Source: Yuukianura sp. NJ FZ-2021 (lineage: Eukaryota). From it: a stretch of 64,000 nucleotides of DNA. Made by a program: the position numbers and the translations under genes. Under the pieces are notes generated by a model. The model was given only the letters and a program-made list of their open reading frames with translations. It had not been told where the DNA came from and ran no database searches. Positions 39,201 through 52,000 of the stretch are shown in pieces; the first letter of the stretch is position 1, and the number at the start of each line of letters is the position of its first letter. The stretch is taken from assembly GCA_046563655.1 (NCBI GenBank), contig CM102285.1, positions 1,736,001 through 1,800,000 on the forward strand, given 5' to 3'.

Positions 39201-42200
39201 AATTGTGGAAAAAAAATGACACTCGACGCCGGATTCGAACCGGCACATACAGGATTATAAGCCCTGATGCTCTACCGTTGGAGCTAGCCGAGCTTAATTA
39301 ATTTCCAATTTTGTAAACTTAATGCTGATTTAACAAGAAAACTGATCAATAAATGGAAAAGATAAAGTGTGAATCATATTTTCATATCACATATCACATT
39401 GCTTCGGTGTGGCAAAGCTAGACTTGGGATTTCCTGTTTGTATCTTTTTTTTCTTTTTAATTTTCAAAATTCGAAAAATAGGTCAAATGAAACTGCAATT
39501 TCTTTCTAATTTTTTCTGTTTTTTTTTTCTGATTTCTTTTTATTTTTTTGTTTTTTAAAGGATTTACTTCAGCGGATCTGCAGCGAGTAAAGACTGACGA
39601 TCTGTGGATTCGGAGATTTATTGCATTGCGGGAAGGGGATGTGGATAAAGCTGCCAAGACGCTCCACGACACTTGTCAATGGCGCAAAGATTTCGGGGTC
39701 ATCGGTGAGTTCTGTTCTTATAACTTGCATTCTTTTGAGATTTAGGACGAAAAGCACTTTTCCACAAGGGGTAAAGTACTTTTCAAGGTGTCAGCAACGG
39801 TTATCTTCCGGACTCAGACTCCCACGAAAAGTCTCCTGCGATTCTAACAAAACCGAAAAAGACACCCCTAAAAACCGAAAAAGAGAGGCTACAAATCCTC
39901 TTAAATTAGTTTTAGTGGTGCTCCACAATTGATCTGACGACGCTGTTCTCTAACCTTTTAAACACACAATTCTCGCCATTTTGGACAATATGGTTTTGCT
40001 CACTAAAATTCAGAAGTACACTATTCCTTTGAGTCGCGGAATTCCTGTTTCATCCACTTACGATTTTAAACGTATTGAATTTTGTAAAAAAAAAATAAAA
40101 TAAAATTTGGGAACCAAATGGGGTAAAAAGTTAAATTTTTATCCATCCTTGGTTTTAAAATGTTGCGGTTTAGCTTTGCCTCAAAACATTGTTTGAACAG
40201 AGATTTTGAGCATGTTTCAAAACGTTTCTTTAAGCATGCCTTAAGATTTGGTTTGAACATGTTTGAACATCGGTAGCGTTTATGCCTAATTACGTCATTG
40301 CCCGTGAAATTTTTAGCTGAACTTTGCCTCTCTGTCCCGGAGGCATTGTTTTCGTCACGACTTGGCTTAGAATAGAGAAGAGGGAGCCCTTGGGACACTA
40401 TGCTCCATTCAAAAATTTAAAAATTTAAAATTTCCGCGCCTCCCCTCTTGCCTGCCAACCTTCAATTTTTGAAGTGATCCAGTTTCTTTACTTCTTGCTG
40501 CTAATTTATGATCTCCCGTGAGCCCCAACCATAAATTTCTCTCTGTCCCGTAGGGAAAATGACGGATTTCAAATGGGATCTTTACTGTTTAGAAGTCTGC
40601 TGCCTCCGCAAGGCAATTCCTTTTGTTTATTTACACAAGTTCAAATGCCTATAATTTAAAACCCAAGACTCAAAACACAACAATTCAACCTCCAAAGAAT
40701 CAAATTTCGAAAATCTTAATGGGCGGGAATTTCAAAATATCCGGGAGACACGCGTGGCTTCTTACTTGTGAGATTTGGAGAAAGTCCATATAAAGCATAA
40801 TAAACGAAATTGTTATTAAAGGATTTTCAGTAATGCCATTGCAGGTAACAAAAGTTGGAAAGTTGTTGCACAAAAGTTAGAAATGGAAATTTTGCGCATC
40901 ATTGTCTTTTGTTGATGTTTTTTGCGACGCATGGGCAATGAGTTCGCAAATTCGTGCAGTGTTTAATTAGAGAAATTCCAAGCACTTTAATTTTCCACCC
41001 TAAGAAACGCGAATCACCAAAAGATTTCAATCTCATTTCATTTTCTAAAACATTCCATGTACTTGTGCGAATAAAGACAAAGTGAATTTTTATTTTTTCA
41101 AAATTTCCCGCATTTAGTAGCACGCGAAACCTCCATTTTCGGAAATTAAATCCTGCAGTCCTTGAGTTGATCATGAACATTTTTTAATGCAAGTTTCTTT
41201 GAAGGTTAGTAGGAAACAAAACCACCAGCATTTTGTACAATGAATTCCAGTTCTTTAAAAAGTTGCGGTTTCATTTTTTTCAAAAACCTCGCTTTTTAAG
41301 AAATGTTGTTCTAGACAACTTTTGAAGTGAAAAATATCGTACAAAGCAGTTTGTTCAAAATGGTGGTTTTCAATTTGATTTAACATTTGCACTTTACCAA
41401 AAAAACTCGCCATGCAACTGGGATTTAAATTGATTTGACCCCTAGTTCTGCTTGTGAGATTTTTTGAATTGACCCGCGCCCAACTACGCTCCAGTTCTTT
41501 GTAACGAGATTTGAACATGACTCGAATTTAAATTTTCCCGCTGCTGTACGAGTAAAATTTTTCAAAATTTTCACAACAGCCAGCACAATCGTTTGGCTCC
41601 GTTTCAGGAACTGGACACGAAAGTTGGTGAAGCGAGAAATCAAAAAGGGTGCCAAGAATTGGTTTTCTGCTGGAATTAAATTGAGCGGGAACTTTAAAAA
41701 ATTTCGAAACTTTGCGTGTTCGCGTGGGAATTTCAAACTTTTCGGGCCAGAACCCTCTTTCCCGCCGCCGTTTGCCTAGTCTTATGGACGTTCATAAACA
41801 CAAGAGAGTAGGTTTAATGGACTCCACCGACTCCCAAAGTCGGTGGTCATTATCATAATGGACGCTGAAAGAGAACCTAACTTTAACCTTATCCTATTTT
41901 CAAACATTCCCACCAAAGACATTCTTCATCATTTCCCGCTCTAATGGATCTCACTTTACCCCCAACAGATCTAAATCATCAAACCATTTCTCAGAAGATG
42001 GTGGACCAAGGGACGCTGTTCATAAGGAACAAGGACAAGTGGGGCAAGGACATGCTCATCTTCAAGGCCAAGACACACACGAGAGGGGCCAATGACTTCG
42101 AAGAGATCAAGAAGTTCATTGTCTATTGGTTCGAGCGAATTGAGCGGTAAATTATCGTTTTTGAAATTTTGAAAAGTTTCTCACTCTGCCCCAGTGCGTT

Positions 42201-45200
42201 AAAATTTAAGCCTGAACTCTGCTTTGCTTCTAAGGTCAACGAAAAACAATGACAAGAAACAAAGTATGACTTCCATTTTTTTTTCAAAAATTGTTTTAAG
42301 CTTTAGTCATTCTTCTTAGCATAATATACAACATGCGTTCAAAATTCCGCGCCACAAACTAAACTAACTTACACACAACGTCACGTGATGAGCAATTTTT
42401 TGGATGTCACGTGATGGAAATTTTTCGTGAGCTTTCAGTGGAAATGTTTGGAGTGAATTTATTAGCTTTTAGGAAAAAAAAACACCTTAGGAAAACTCTT
42501 TTTCATTTTTATAAACTTTTTGTTAAATAACGCCTTCGAATTGAATGATGATGACATCAATCTCATTTCTCATCCGCGATTACTTTGTTCAGTGCTGTTT
42601 GAATTTTCGCGGTGAAAGTATGAAGACTTGAGTTAGAGTGTGACTCGCTTTTGACTTAAAAGCGAAATTGTGACGAAACCGATAGGAACCGCAGCTTTCA
42701 CTTTTCATTGTGTCAACTTTTACTTTTGGTAGGAAAAGTTGGAATTTGAAAAAGTTTGCTCTCACAGAGAAAGTTTGTGAGCCGTGCCAAGTTTTTGATC
42801 GGATTTTCCTACAAAACTTTTTTGCTAATGAGAAGGAAGAATGAGAGGAAAAAAGCCTCCAGGTGAAAATTCATTTTTCACAATTTCCGGTTCAATCGAC
42901 CGAAAACTTCAAAGTTTCCCGCCGCAAATGTCAAGGAAAAGCTTTTCCTGGTTCCTGGTCCCGCTTCGATCGTTTCACCACTATAAAAAATTTTTTGCTT
43001 GTGGTGTGTTTTTTAGTGTTACTTTTCAACTTGAACAATTTAGTTTGGTCTAATTTTGTCGTCTTTTACCTTTCTAGTCATCACTTTTATTTGCATTTAA
43101 ACAACTGTATAACACGGGAAAGCTAAACATACACTGGTTGATTTTTGCACAACTTTGAATTTTTTTTTCTCTGTTTGAGTTTCCTTTCAAATCGCTTTTG
43201 TGTATTTTCATGCTTTTTTGAAACACTCATATCAATAACTGAGAAATTGCCAAATTTTTGCTTGTGTGATGAAAAATTTGACGTTTTCACAGTTGAACAA
43301 ACTTTTCATAGTTTTATTGCATATAATTTATATGCTTGTCTTTTTTTTCTGGAAACAGCATGTAGCGGTTTGCTTTTGCTCAGATTAGGTTATGATATGT
43401 TGTGTTTAGCGTACAATCGTACGGTTTTTGATCAAGTTCTGGTTGCACTTATTTGTGTGGCTCCAGTTCCTGTAGCTCTATTTGCATGAGTTGTGTATCA
43501 ATTTCATTTTTTTAAACAATACCAGCTTAAAAATTAAAATCATTTTGTTCTTTGTGCATTCCTTTTTTTTTGTTAGTGTTTAATTATGTTAGATTTACCA
43601 AAAGTTTTATGTTTGCAGACTTACAAAAAGTGGACAAATTACCGTAGTTTTTGACATGAAAGACACCGGTTTAGCGAACATGGACATGGACTTTGTTCGC
43701 TACCTCATTTCACTACTGCAGCAGTACTACCCCTACTTCATCAACTACCTCCTCATCTACGAAATGCCTTGGATCCTCAAATGTAAGCAACCACACTCCG
43801 TTTTCTCTTTACTTTCACTTTTCAATTTAGAAAAAACGGGAAAGGAGTTCAAAATTATTTATAACTTGAGTGAATTATTCATTTCCTAGATTGTTTTTGT
43901 TTTCTTTTCCAGCGGCCTGGAACATCATCAAAACCATGTTGAACAAAAAGGAAGTCGAGAGAATCAAGTTTGTGGACAAGAAGACTATTAACGACTACAT
44001 TGACACTCAGAATCAACTTGTGGAATGGGGAGGCACTGACGCCTATGAGTATTCTTTTGAACCAGAGGTCAAGGCCACAAGAAAGCCCTCACTCAAAACA
44101 TTGTCGCTCAATAACAATCTATCATCTAGCGAAGATTCCAGCCCGGAAGGTAAAGCAGGACGGAGAGGAAAGGTTAGTGGCATTTGAATTATGTTGCCAT
44201 GGCAACACCGTTTTCTCGAAATGTTTTCCAACACGAAATAATTAGTTCGACTTCGCTTGGAAAAAATTATGCTCCTGCCTGCTCGAAACTTAATTTCAAA
44301 GTCGTCACATGACAAAGCGTTACACAAGCTCTCTCGACTTGAAAAATGAACCGATTTTCACACACGACACAACGAATTGATATCAGAGAGATGCGTAAGT
44401 TGAGACAAAAACTTAACAAATATATTTCATGTCTTTTCAGGTCCAATTTACAGATCGAGACGGAGCCATGGACGCTAGAAGCGTTGAGGTCACGGAGTCA
44501 CGCCGACGAAATGACGAGGTCAATGTCCCTCCGCAAATCCGACATCGGGCTGTTCGGCACAACGCATCGCCGGAATCTGGTGATACGTCTCCTTCCGTTC
44601 AAAGTAAGAAAAAGTTGTAAAATTTGCGACTGCGTAAACAAATTTTTTTATCACGAATTTTAGTCACGGTTTCCAGCCTTAAGAGCTTTGCACATGCGCA
44701 AAATTTCTTGCTCAAGCATAACTTTGCATAATTTTTTTTTGTTTAGACGCAACTGCGCAAACGCTGATCGAAACTAATGACGTCATTAATTTTACTTGGA
44801 ACGGAGAAGAGTTCCGTGGAGAAATTGACATTACAAATGTGTCCAGGGACAATGTTGCATTTAAGGTCAGTTTTAGTGACATTGAAAACAATATTTGTTA
44901 TAATACGAGCTTCATGATTCTATCCTGTGCTTAGATCAAAACAACATCTCCCGAGTCCTACCGAGTAGTTCCGTCCATCGGTATTGTGGCACCAGGAGCC
45001 GAGGCAATCGTGAATTTGGGCAGTTCTCGTGTCCTTCCCCGCAGTCACCGATTCCAAGTCCTCGCAGCCATCTTGCCACGTGACTTTGCACTTGAACAGG
45101 ACGAGAGTGATACTGGTACACTCGCAGATGAGTTTCCACGACTCAATGCTATGTGGAAGGTAGTAGGCAAAATCCCGCAGTTCTAAACTAAAAACTCAAA

Positions 45201-45824
45201 AATGGTTATTTTGGCTAACGAAAAAATTTCAAATTGTTTCAGTCGTCAATTGAGCGTAGAGTGCCAATCCAGTCGAAGCGGCTCCAGATCACAGTCAACG
45301 AAGGAAACAGCAGATCGACGCATGAAAATGTTAGTAACACCGGATCACCCCCACGGGGTGCCATGGTCACCATGAACGAAGGTGACATGCGCAAAGGACT
45401 TTTGGAATTAGAGCAAAAGGTTTGGAGAAACGCAACCGAAAAACTAATCTTGAGTTCTTGGAATATTTTGTAGCGATTTTTTACACAAAGGAATTCTTGA
45501 TTTTAGATTACTCGAAACATGAACGAAATGCTGGAAAGTTCGTTTAAAAAGCAGAAGATCATTCTTGGCATCATCCTCGCCTGTGTCGTCGTTTTCGGAC
45601 TTTTAGTCTACTTTACTATGCCGTCTGCAGTAGCACGTCAAGGGGTCAATGACTTCACGGGGTCATCTGGGTCATGTCCGGGTCAACTTAATCCTGGTCC
45701 TGGCTCAAATCCTAATCCTATTCCTGGATCTCCGAGTGCAGAAGGCTATGTTCCTGCCTCCCCGGTTCCAGAACCTCTTCCTGAAAGGATTCCAGACTAC
45801 AGTCGCAAGTGCGCCTGCTCCTAA
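36227..45824 (+). CDS. MOSPD2: Motile sperm domain-containing protein 2 (CRAL-TRIO + MSP + transmembrane)
   Basis: In-frame exons: 36227-36305, 39561-39704, 41969-42146, 43619-43782, 43913-44172, 44441-44603, 44747-44865, 44935-45159, 45243-45419, 45507-45824. CRAL-TRIO: DDLWIRRFI...WRKDFG, VVFDMKDTGLANMDMDF, YYPYFINYLLIYEMPWIL, EWGG. MSP: AFKIKTTSPESYRVVP. TM: IILGIILACVVVFGLLVYF. Confidence 0.9.
39220..39293 (-). tRNA. Atypical tRNA-like gene, anticodon TAT (Ile-decoding), intron-less, Lys-like body
   Basis: Cloverleaf GCTCGGC-TA-GCTC CAACGGTA GAGC-AT-CAGGG CTTATAA TCCTG-TATGT-GCCGG TTCGAAT CCGGC-GTCGAGT-G. Perfect B-box GGTTCGAATCC. An 8-T Pol III terminator starts 4 nt downstream (plus strand 39209-39216). 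Confidence 0.7.
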
Positions 45825-46712
45825 ACCTTGTCGAAATCATAATCAGCACCACTCCTGCGTCATGACTCATGACTAAACTTAAGCGAAAAACGACTAATTT
45901 GATTGTACAACTGAAAATAGGCTTCGAGAACTGCATTAACAATGAATTTGAAGTCAAAAATGTTACAAATAAAATGAATTTGGCTTAAACACATTTCCGA
46001 TTACTTGTGCTTGTGTGTCTCTGAAACACAAAAAAAAATGATGAATGTACAGAGTGGTATAGATGTAGAGGTATAGATTTTTGGAGGTGACAAAATTGAC
46101 ATTTCGTGCTGCTTCAATCAAAACTAAACTAAAGAAAGTGCTTTCATTTTTTATTCAGGTTTCACCATAGTTTGTCACACGGGGTGTTCAAAAAAATTTC
46201 GAGTTGACGGGTAAAATGGAGGTTGACGACGGTTGTGGAGAAAAGTGATTCTGTTCAAAAAAAAAAAGTACGAAAGAAATTGGAAATTAAATTTTTAAAA
46301 AAAGTAAAATTTTAGGTCATAAACATAAAATTGTGACAACTAGACGTTAGCCTAAAAGAGCGTAATATGCTTTCACTATTACGTTCTCAGAGCATAATCT
46401 GAAAATTCATCTGCTTCCAAGGAACAAATATAAAATCGATCAAATCTCGGCTCCAAAAATTTCTTCAGATTTTTTGGTTTTGATTTTTTTTTTGATTTTC
46501 TACATCTAGTATCTGTTCATCTTAAAAAAATCAAATTGAAACCTTATAATCATCAATTTCTCATTTTGAATTTCATAAGAAAGTAACCGCTTTCTACAAT
46601 CAGTTTTGACGCTAAACTTTCATTACATCAGGAAGTTTGAATTGACTGGTATGAGTAATAGTATATGCTAACATGAAAAAAGAAAGAAAAAGGTTTTCTA
46701 TGAAACCTATTT

Positions 46713-47337
46713 TACTGTTCATTTTTTTTTACTGTGCAGTTGTTGATAGCAATTTTTCGAGTGTCGCTCATAGAAACTGCTTAGGTTGAAGTGATTCAAA
46801 CAGATCCGCATGTATCCAAAATTTAACCGTTCTGCGTATATTTATTTTATTTTATTTATATATTATATATTATATTTATTTTATTTAAACTGCGCTGTTG
46901 TGCAGTTTCTGCGCTGTTGCGCAGTTTCTGCGCTGTTGCGCAGTTTCTGCGCTGTTGCGCAGTTTGTGCCTAACTATATAAATATTATATATATTAATAT
47001 TAGTTAATTTCATTTAATTATCTAATTACTTTTGTTTGGCACCAAAAAAAAATAATCGTAAAAAATAAGCCGATAAACTGAAACATACGTTCCCTCCAAA
47101 ATTAAAACTTTACGGTACCGCGACTTCGAGTGAAAGTGAGAAAGAGGAGCAGCTGCTGTCCCTTATTTAGAGAATCCACTGTACTCCGAAAACAAAATCG
47201 CATTTTAGGAAAGAAGAATTTTCTAAAGTTCAAGAAAATTTGATGATAAGTTTTCCTTAAGTCAACCTAATACGTTTCTAGGAGTGACGCTTGAAAAATT
47301 ACAATCAACAACTGCACAGTAAAAAAAATGAACAGTA
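46713..47337. mobile_element. MITE with ~75-bp terminal inverted repeats
   Basis: Arm tactgttcatttttttttactgtgcagttgttgat...ttaggttga (46713-46789) is the near reverse complement of tcaacctaa...atcaacaactgcacagtaaaaaaaatgaacagta (47262-47337). TA occurs at both termini. Confidence 0.75.
46890..46965. repeat. 4 x 19-bp tandem minisatellite ctgcgctgttgcgcagttt
   Basis: Four contiguous copies with one mismatch in total. Each unit is a small hairpin (ctgcgc-tgtt-gcgcag). It lies within AT-rich sequence inside the MITE. Confidence 0.9.
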
Positions 47338-47543
47338 GTTTTTATGACATTTAACTTTTATGATTCTCGTCCTGGTTTCCAAGGCAATACGGTAAATTTA
47401 GTTATTGTTAGTTGACTATAAAATGCAAACTACAATCCGACAAAAGTGGGAATTTTTTTTGAGCTACTTTCGTGAAGTTTAGTGCTGCTGCTGGTGATCT
47501 TGAACTTTTGACATTTCAAAAAGAAGAGGGAGAAAAATTGAAA

Positions 47544-49029
47544 ATGAGTGACTTACTTCCCCGCGGAACCCGTATTCAGGTTACAGAGACGCGTAAGTAA
47601 TCGCAAAAAATTCAGTCCTTTTTGGAAAAGGCCAAAGGTCACCAGGTCAAGGTCTATATTTTTGCAGATCGAGACGGGTCGATAGATTTACGTTCTATTG
47701 ATGTACAACCACTTCGATCATCACGCAACCCTGCTCCCGTTGAGAGAGCGACACCAATGCCGAAACCCAGAAGAAGCGTTTCTAGTCCAACAACATTTCG
47801 CGACTCTTCACCTACTAATGGTTTCAAAACACCCAAAATTTTAATCTTTTTCTGCTTTAAAACACATCAGCTTGATTAGTATTCGATTTCCACTAAATTT
47901 TTAAATCTTGCTTTTTTCTAGCATTGGAGCCTTACTTAATCGAGACAAATGATGTTGTCATGTTTGCATGGGACGAAGAAATTGACAAATTTAGTGGTGA
48001 CATTTACATCAAAAACGTTTCCGATGACATAGTAGCTTTTAAGGTAAAAAGTTTTAACAAATCTAACTTACTCAAAACTAATTTTAGCAGAACACATTAA
48101 AACTTGGATGTAATTTTTTGTAGCTGAAGTCCACGTCAATGTCGTACCAAGTTTTACCTGGGATTGGGATGATTGCGCCAGGAGCTGAAGGTACTGTAAA
48201 AGCAATAGCCTACGGTGCTGTAGATACTTCGAGACACAAATTCCAAGTGCTGGCAGCACCTATTCCGGATGACCTCAAGTTGACCCCGCATCAGCTCGAT
48301 CTCAACGAGGCGGAACCTTCTTACGCTGAGAATTTTGCAGAAGTCAACTCCTTATGGAAGGTATAATTCAGAATTATGAAATAAATCAGAAATTAAAATT
48401 CACAGAAATTGTGCAGCAATGTACCAAGTTTTTACAAATCTATATTTTGTTAAACTTTTTTTTAGAGATCTATTCAAAACAAAGTGCCAATGCAGACAAA
48501 GAGACTCCGTGTGGCCATTGAGCCAAGGCGATTGACCAACACTCGAAACCACTCTCCGCAGCATGCAACACCGTTTAGCAATGCTCCTGCAACCTGGAAT
48601 GAAGCTGAATATCGAAGACAAGTTGCTGAATTGGAGTCAAACGTAAGAAAAAACCGTTGAAATTTGAAATACTTTTTTTTAAAATTCGTTTTTTTTTTAC
48701 TAAATAACTAGTAATCCAATACCTCTTTGATTTAGCTGTCGTGGGAAGCGCATGACAAAGTAGAACGTGAAGTTCGGAAGCAAATGTGGCTGCTCGGACT
48801 GATTTTAGCATTTGTTCTTCTATTTGGCCTAATGATTTATTCTACATCGCCCTCAGAGGTCAAAGTTCACGATGCCATTAGTGCTTCGGGGTCAAGACCT
48901 GGTTTTCCATGTTCTCCTAATCCATCTAATCCGTCCGAGTCTTCTACCTTCGAGGCGTCCAATGCAGAAGCGTACTCGACAATTCCACAAAGAGTTCCTG
49001 AAAAACCTCAGACGTGCGCCGCGTCTTGA
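47544..49029 (+). CDS. Duplicated MSP-coiled-coil-TM half of MOSPD2 (stand-alone VAP-like paralog or alternative 3' exon block)
   Basis: Exons 47544-47592 (putative new first exon), 47668-47820, 47922-48043, 48124-48360, 48466-48642, 48736-49029 are all open and follow the intron layout of MOSPD2 exons 6-10. Homologous peptides: LIETNDVV, VAFK, GIGMIAPGAEG, HKFQVLAA, NSLWK, LGLILAFVLLFGLMIY, ending TCAAS*. Confidence 0.82.
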
Positions 49030-52000
49030 ATTTAGTTAAAAACAACCGTTGACATCGAATATTTAACATAAGTTACACAACCAAAGCATTTATGTTAAAA
49101 AAACTCTTAACAAGTCAACTATGAAAACGTTTTTCTCAATACCAAAAGTTTACAAAAGTTTCAACCTGATTAATGAAAGTACAAGATAAAACAAAAATAA
49201 ATACAAATCAAACCAAAGTTTAACGAATCTCTGCTGAATTTTATCTCTCGCCTATCTTTGTTTCGCACCGACACAAAAAATCGGTGTGCGGAATCACATA
49301 TTTTGAAGCAATCTCGGCATAGAAACGGAAAAAGGTCAAAGGTCAAGATAGTTTGAGTCGGAATGGCTTTTCATTGTTCAGAGAAAATTGAACGACTTTT
49401 AGGTTTAATGGGCGGGAAGCTCTAGAGATTAATTCCATTGTTTAAAAGTTACTACAAAAGAGAAATTACCAGCCTCCCCCGTTTTTGCCAAAAATTGTAA
49501 GGTTTTTGCGCCATCTCGACTCTGTCGCGCCAAGATTTTATCTTTCTTCTTCTATTCTTTCCCTTTGGTTTCCTTTGGTTGTCATTAGTTTTGAAAATGT
49601 CGCCTCAGATTGTGAAGCGACTTGAATTTCAAATGGAAACATCCATTCCCGCGCCTAACATTTTTTCTTATTCGAAGCATGTACAACTTTGACTTTCACT
49701 ATTCCGGTTTTCTCCTTCTATGCCAACTAGAGAATTGTGTCTCGTTTTCTAGCGTTATACGTTCTATAACGAACTAAAAGGATTCCACACTTTCCTTTTT
49801 TTTTTCAAAGCCCGCCAACACTGACTGGTACTACTTATTAGGAGCTAAGAAGATCTTGACTGAGACAAATGGAGGAAGCCATTTCCATTTCCCATTTCAA
49901 ATCCAATCCGCTCCTTTCCTTCTACCCGCCGGTCGTTTAACTTATATTTACTTTCACTTTTCTCTGCCTATGCACCGCTTTTTTTCTTGACAAAGGCATT
50001 TAGGAAATGAGGGCTGTGATTATTGGAAAAGCAAAAAGTGCTCGCAGCGCTCTGGAAGCGTCAAGATTCAAAATCTGACTTTTTCCAAGAATTCGGTGAC
50101 GTAATTCCTAAACATAGGCCTAAAAATTGTCGAACTTCAAAAAAGATCTAAAGCAAAAAAAAATATCTCAAAAACTCTTTTCCTTAGAAAACTTCTAACC
50201 TTAAAAAAGTCAAAAAAATTGAAACACGCGCTCCACTTGAAATTCAAAACACAAAAAAAAGTTCTTTGGTGTAGTGAAATGAGATCGCATTCGGACCTTG
50301 ATCTTTCTACGTCACGCGTCAAATTTCAATCATTGTAAAGTGGTTTCTGTTGTATGCCGTAATTTTTGAAATTGGAAAACATACTAGCATGGCACGCTGG
50401 ACTTGAAGTGTCAATTTTCAAATTCAATGTCAGCTCCGATTTCAAAAACGAGTCAGATTTTTTAGAAAAAGTGAAGGACGTTAGAACAAAATCTCACAGC
50501 AAATTGAAAACTCACCGCTGCAGAAAATTTCGCTGGTTTTGAAAATTTTGTTTTCCAAGATTTACCAAAAAGTTTTTTTTTAGTTTTCTCTTTCTGTATC
50601 TCTTTCGTTCGAAAATAAGCTGAATCGAAATGCTTTTAGAAATTGAAGCAAATAGTTTTGTGTTACTATCTGCATTGTGTTTCAAAAACGTGTTTATTTG
50701 GTGGTACTTTCCAATACATTTTGGGAACGGGAGAAACAAAGCTCTCAAATCCTTTTTTCTTATCCTTAGAGCTCCGAGACATGTGAAACGGACATATAGA
50801 GTCAAGTGCGGTGTTTTGTTTCTCAAATATCTCTAAAGAACATTTCTAAAAAACGAACATTTCAGAAAAACCAAGACCAAAAACCCATTTTCTAAGATTT
50901 TCTAAACAAAAAACGAGTTCCATTATACCAGAAACTACTAGCCGTACTAAAGTCTTCTCTCAATTCAAATCCGACAGTCTCAAGCGCTTCTTAACTTCAC
51001 TCCTTTTTTCTTAAAAAAGAAAGGAAAAGAAAGTGGAAAAAACTGGAAGGCAAAGTTTTAATCTCTTTTTGGTTCAAATTTCAGCAAGGCGGTTCCCGCC
51101 ACTGCTTGATTTAGGTCATTACGTAAAGTCTAACCTTCGCACACGCGGCGTTCCACGGTACTAAAAGTCTTACTAAAGCTATAAGTGCTACATATTGACT
51201 TTCATGTTACACAATAGCCTGCGCCGGTCTATAAATATAGGTTAGGCTAACATAACCTTTGGAATCTAAAACTAGACCGTTTCCAATCTTTTTTTTTTGT
51301 TTTTGAGAAAAACGAGCTGTTTTTGATCTTGTTCTCTTTTCTTTTTCTAGCGTTAAAAGGAAACGGGCTACTCAATTTGCTGTTTCTGGCGTTTTCTCCA
51401 GCTTCGTTTTTTTTCCTCATGCAGTTACGCGGGCACCACGGGATCGCAAAAACATTTTTCTTTCCGCTGGGAGTGAGTCTGAGTTATTGATTTCTATGCT
51501 ATTTTCGGTCCAATTCACACCAGCCGCAGCGGCCATGCACAGGAATTGGAGAAACCCAAGGCAAGAAGATCATAATGACACAAGAGATCTTCTCGGACTG
51601 GATCATATCACGGCGTAGTCAGTCATCATTAGCGGCTCGCAAAAGCTCGTTGCTCCTAACAACGGACCTAAACTCATCAAATCGTCATACAAGTCTCGCG
51701 CTAGAGAACAAAGGAAGCTGCTATTTTGTTTTAGGACTTATGAGAGGATGAGAATCCAAACTTTTTCAAACTTTGCCGGACTTTTTTTCTTCGAGCTTTT
51801 CAGCTTTTCTCGTCAGAAGACAATGACACCAACTTTCTGTCATTTGTCCTGCTCTTCCAGCTCCCTTTTTGATTAAATGACAAATGTGTAGACTTTATCT
51901 CACGTTCCAGCAGTCCTTCTGGCGACGACAGCTTGTTAGTCTTTGATTAATATCAATTCTTATTCGAACTTTTACTTTTACTCGAATAACGTTAATCATT

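Noticed and set aside
46890-46965. Palindromic direct repeats resembling a CRISPR array
   Set aside because: The units are contiguous with no spacers, there are no cas genes, and the context is eukaryotic. It is a minisatellite.
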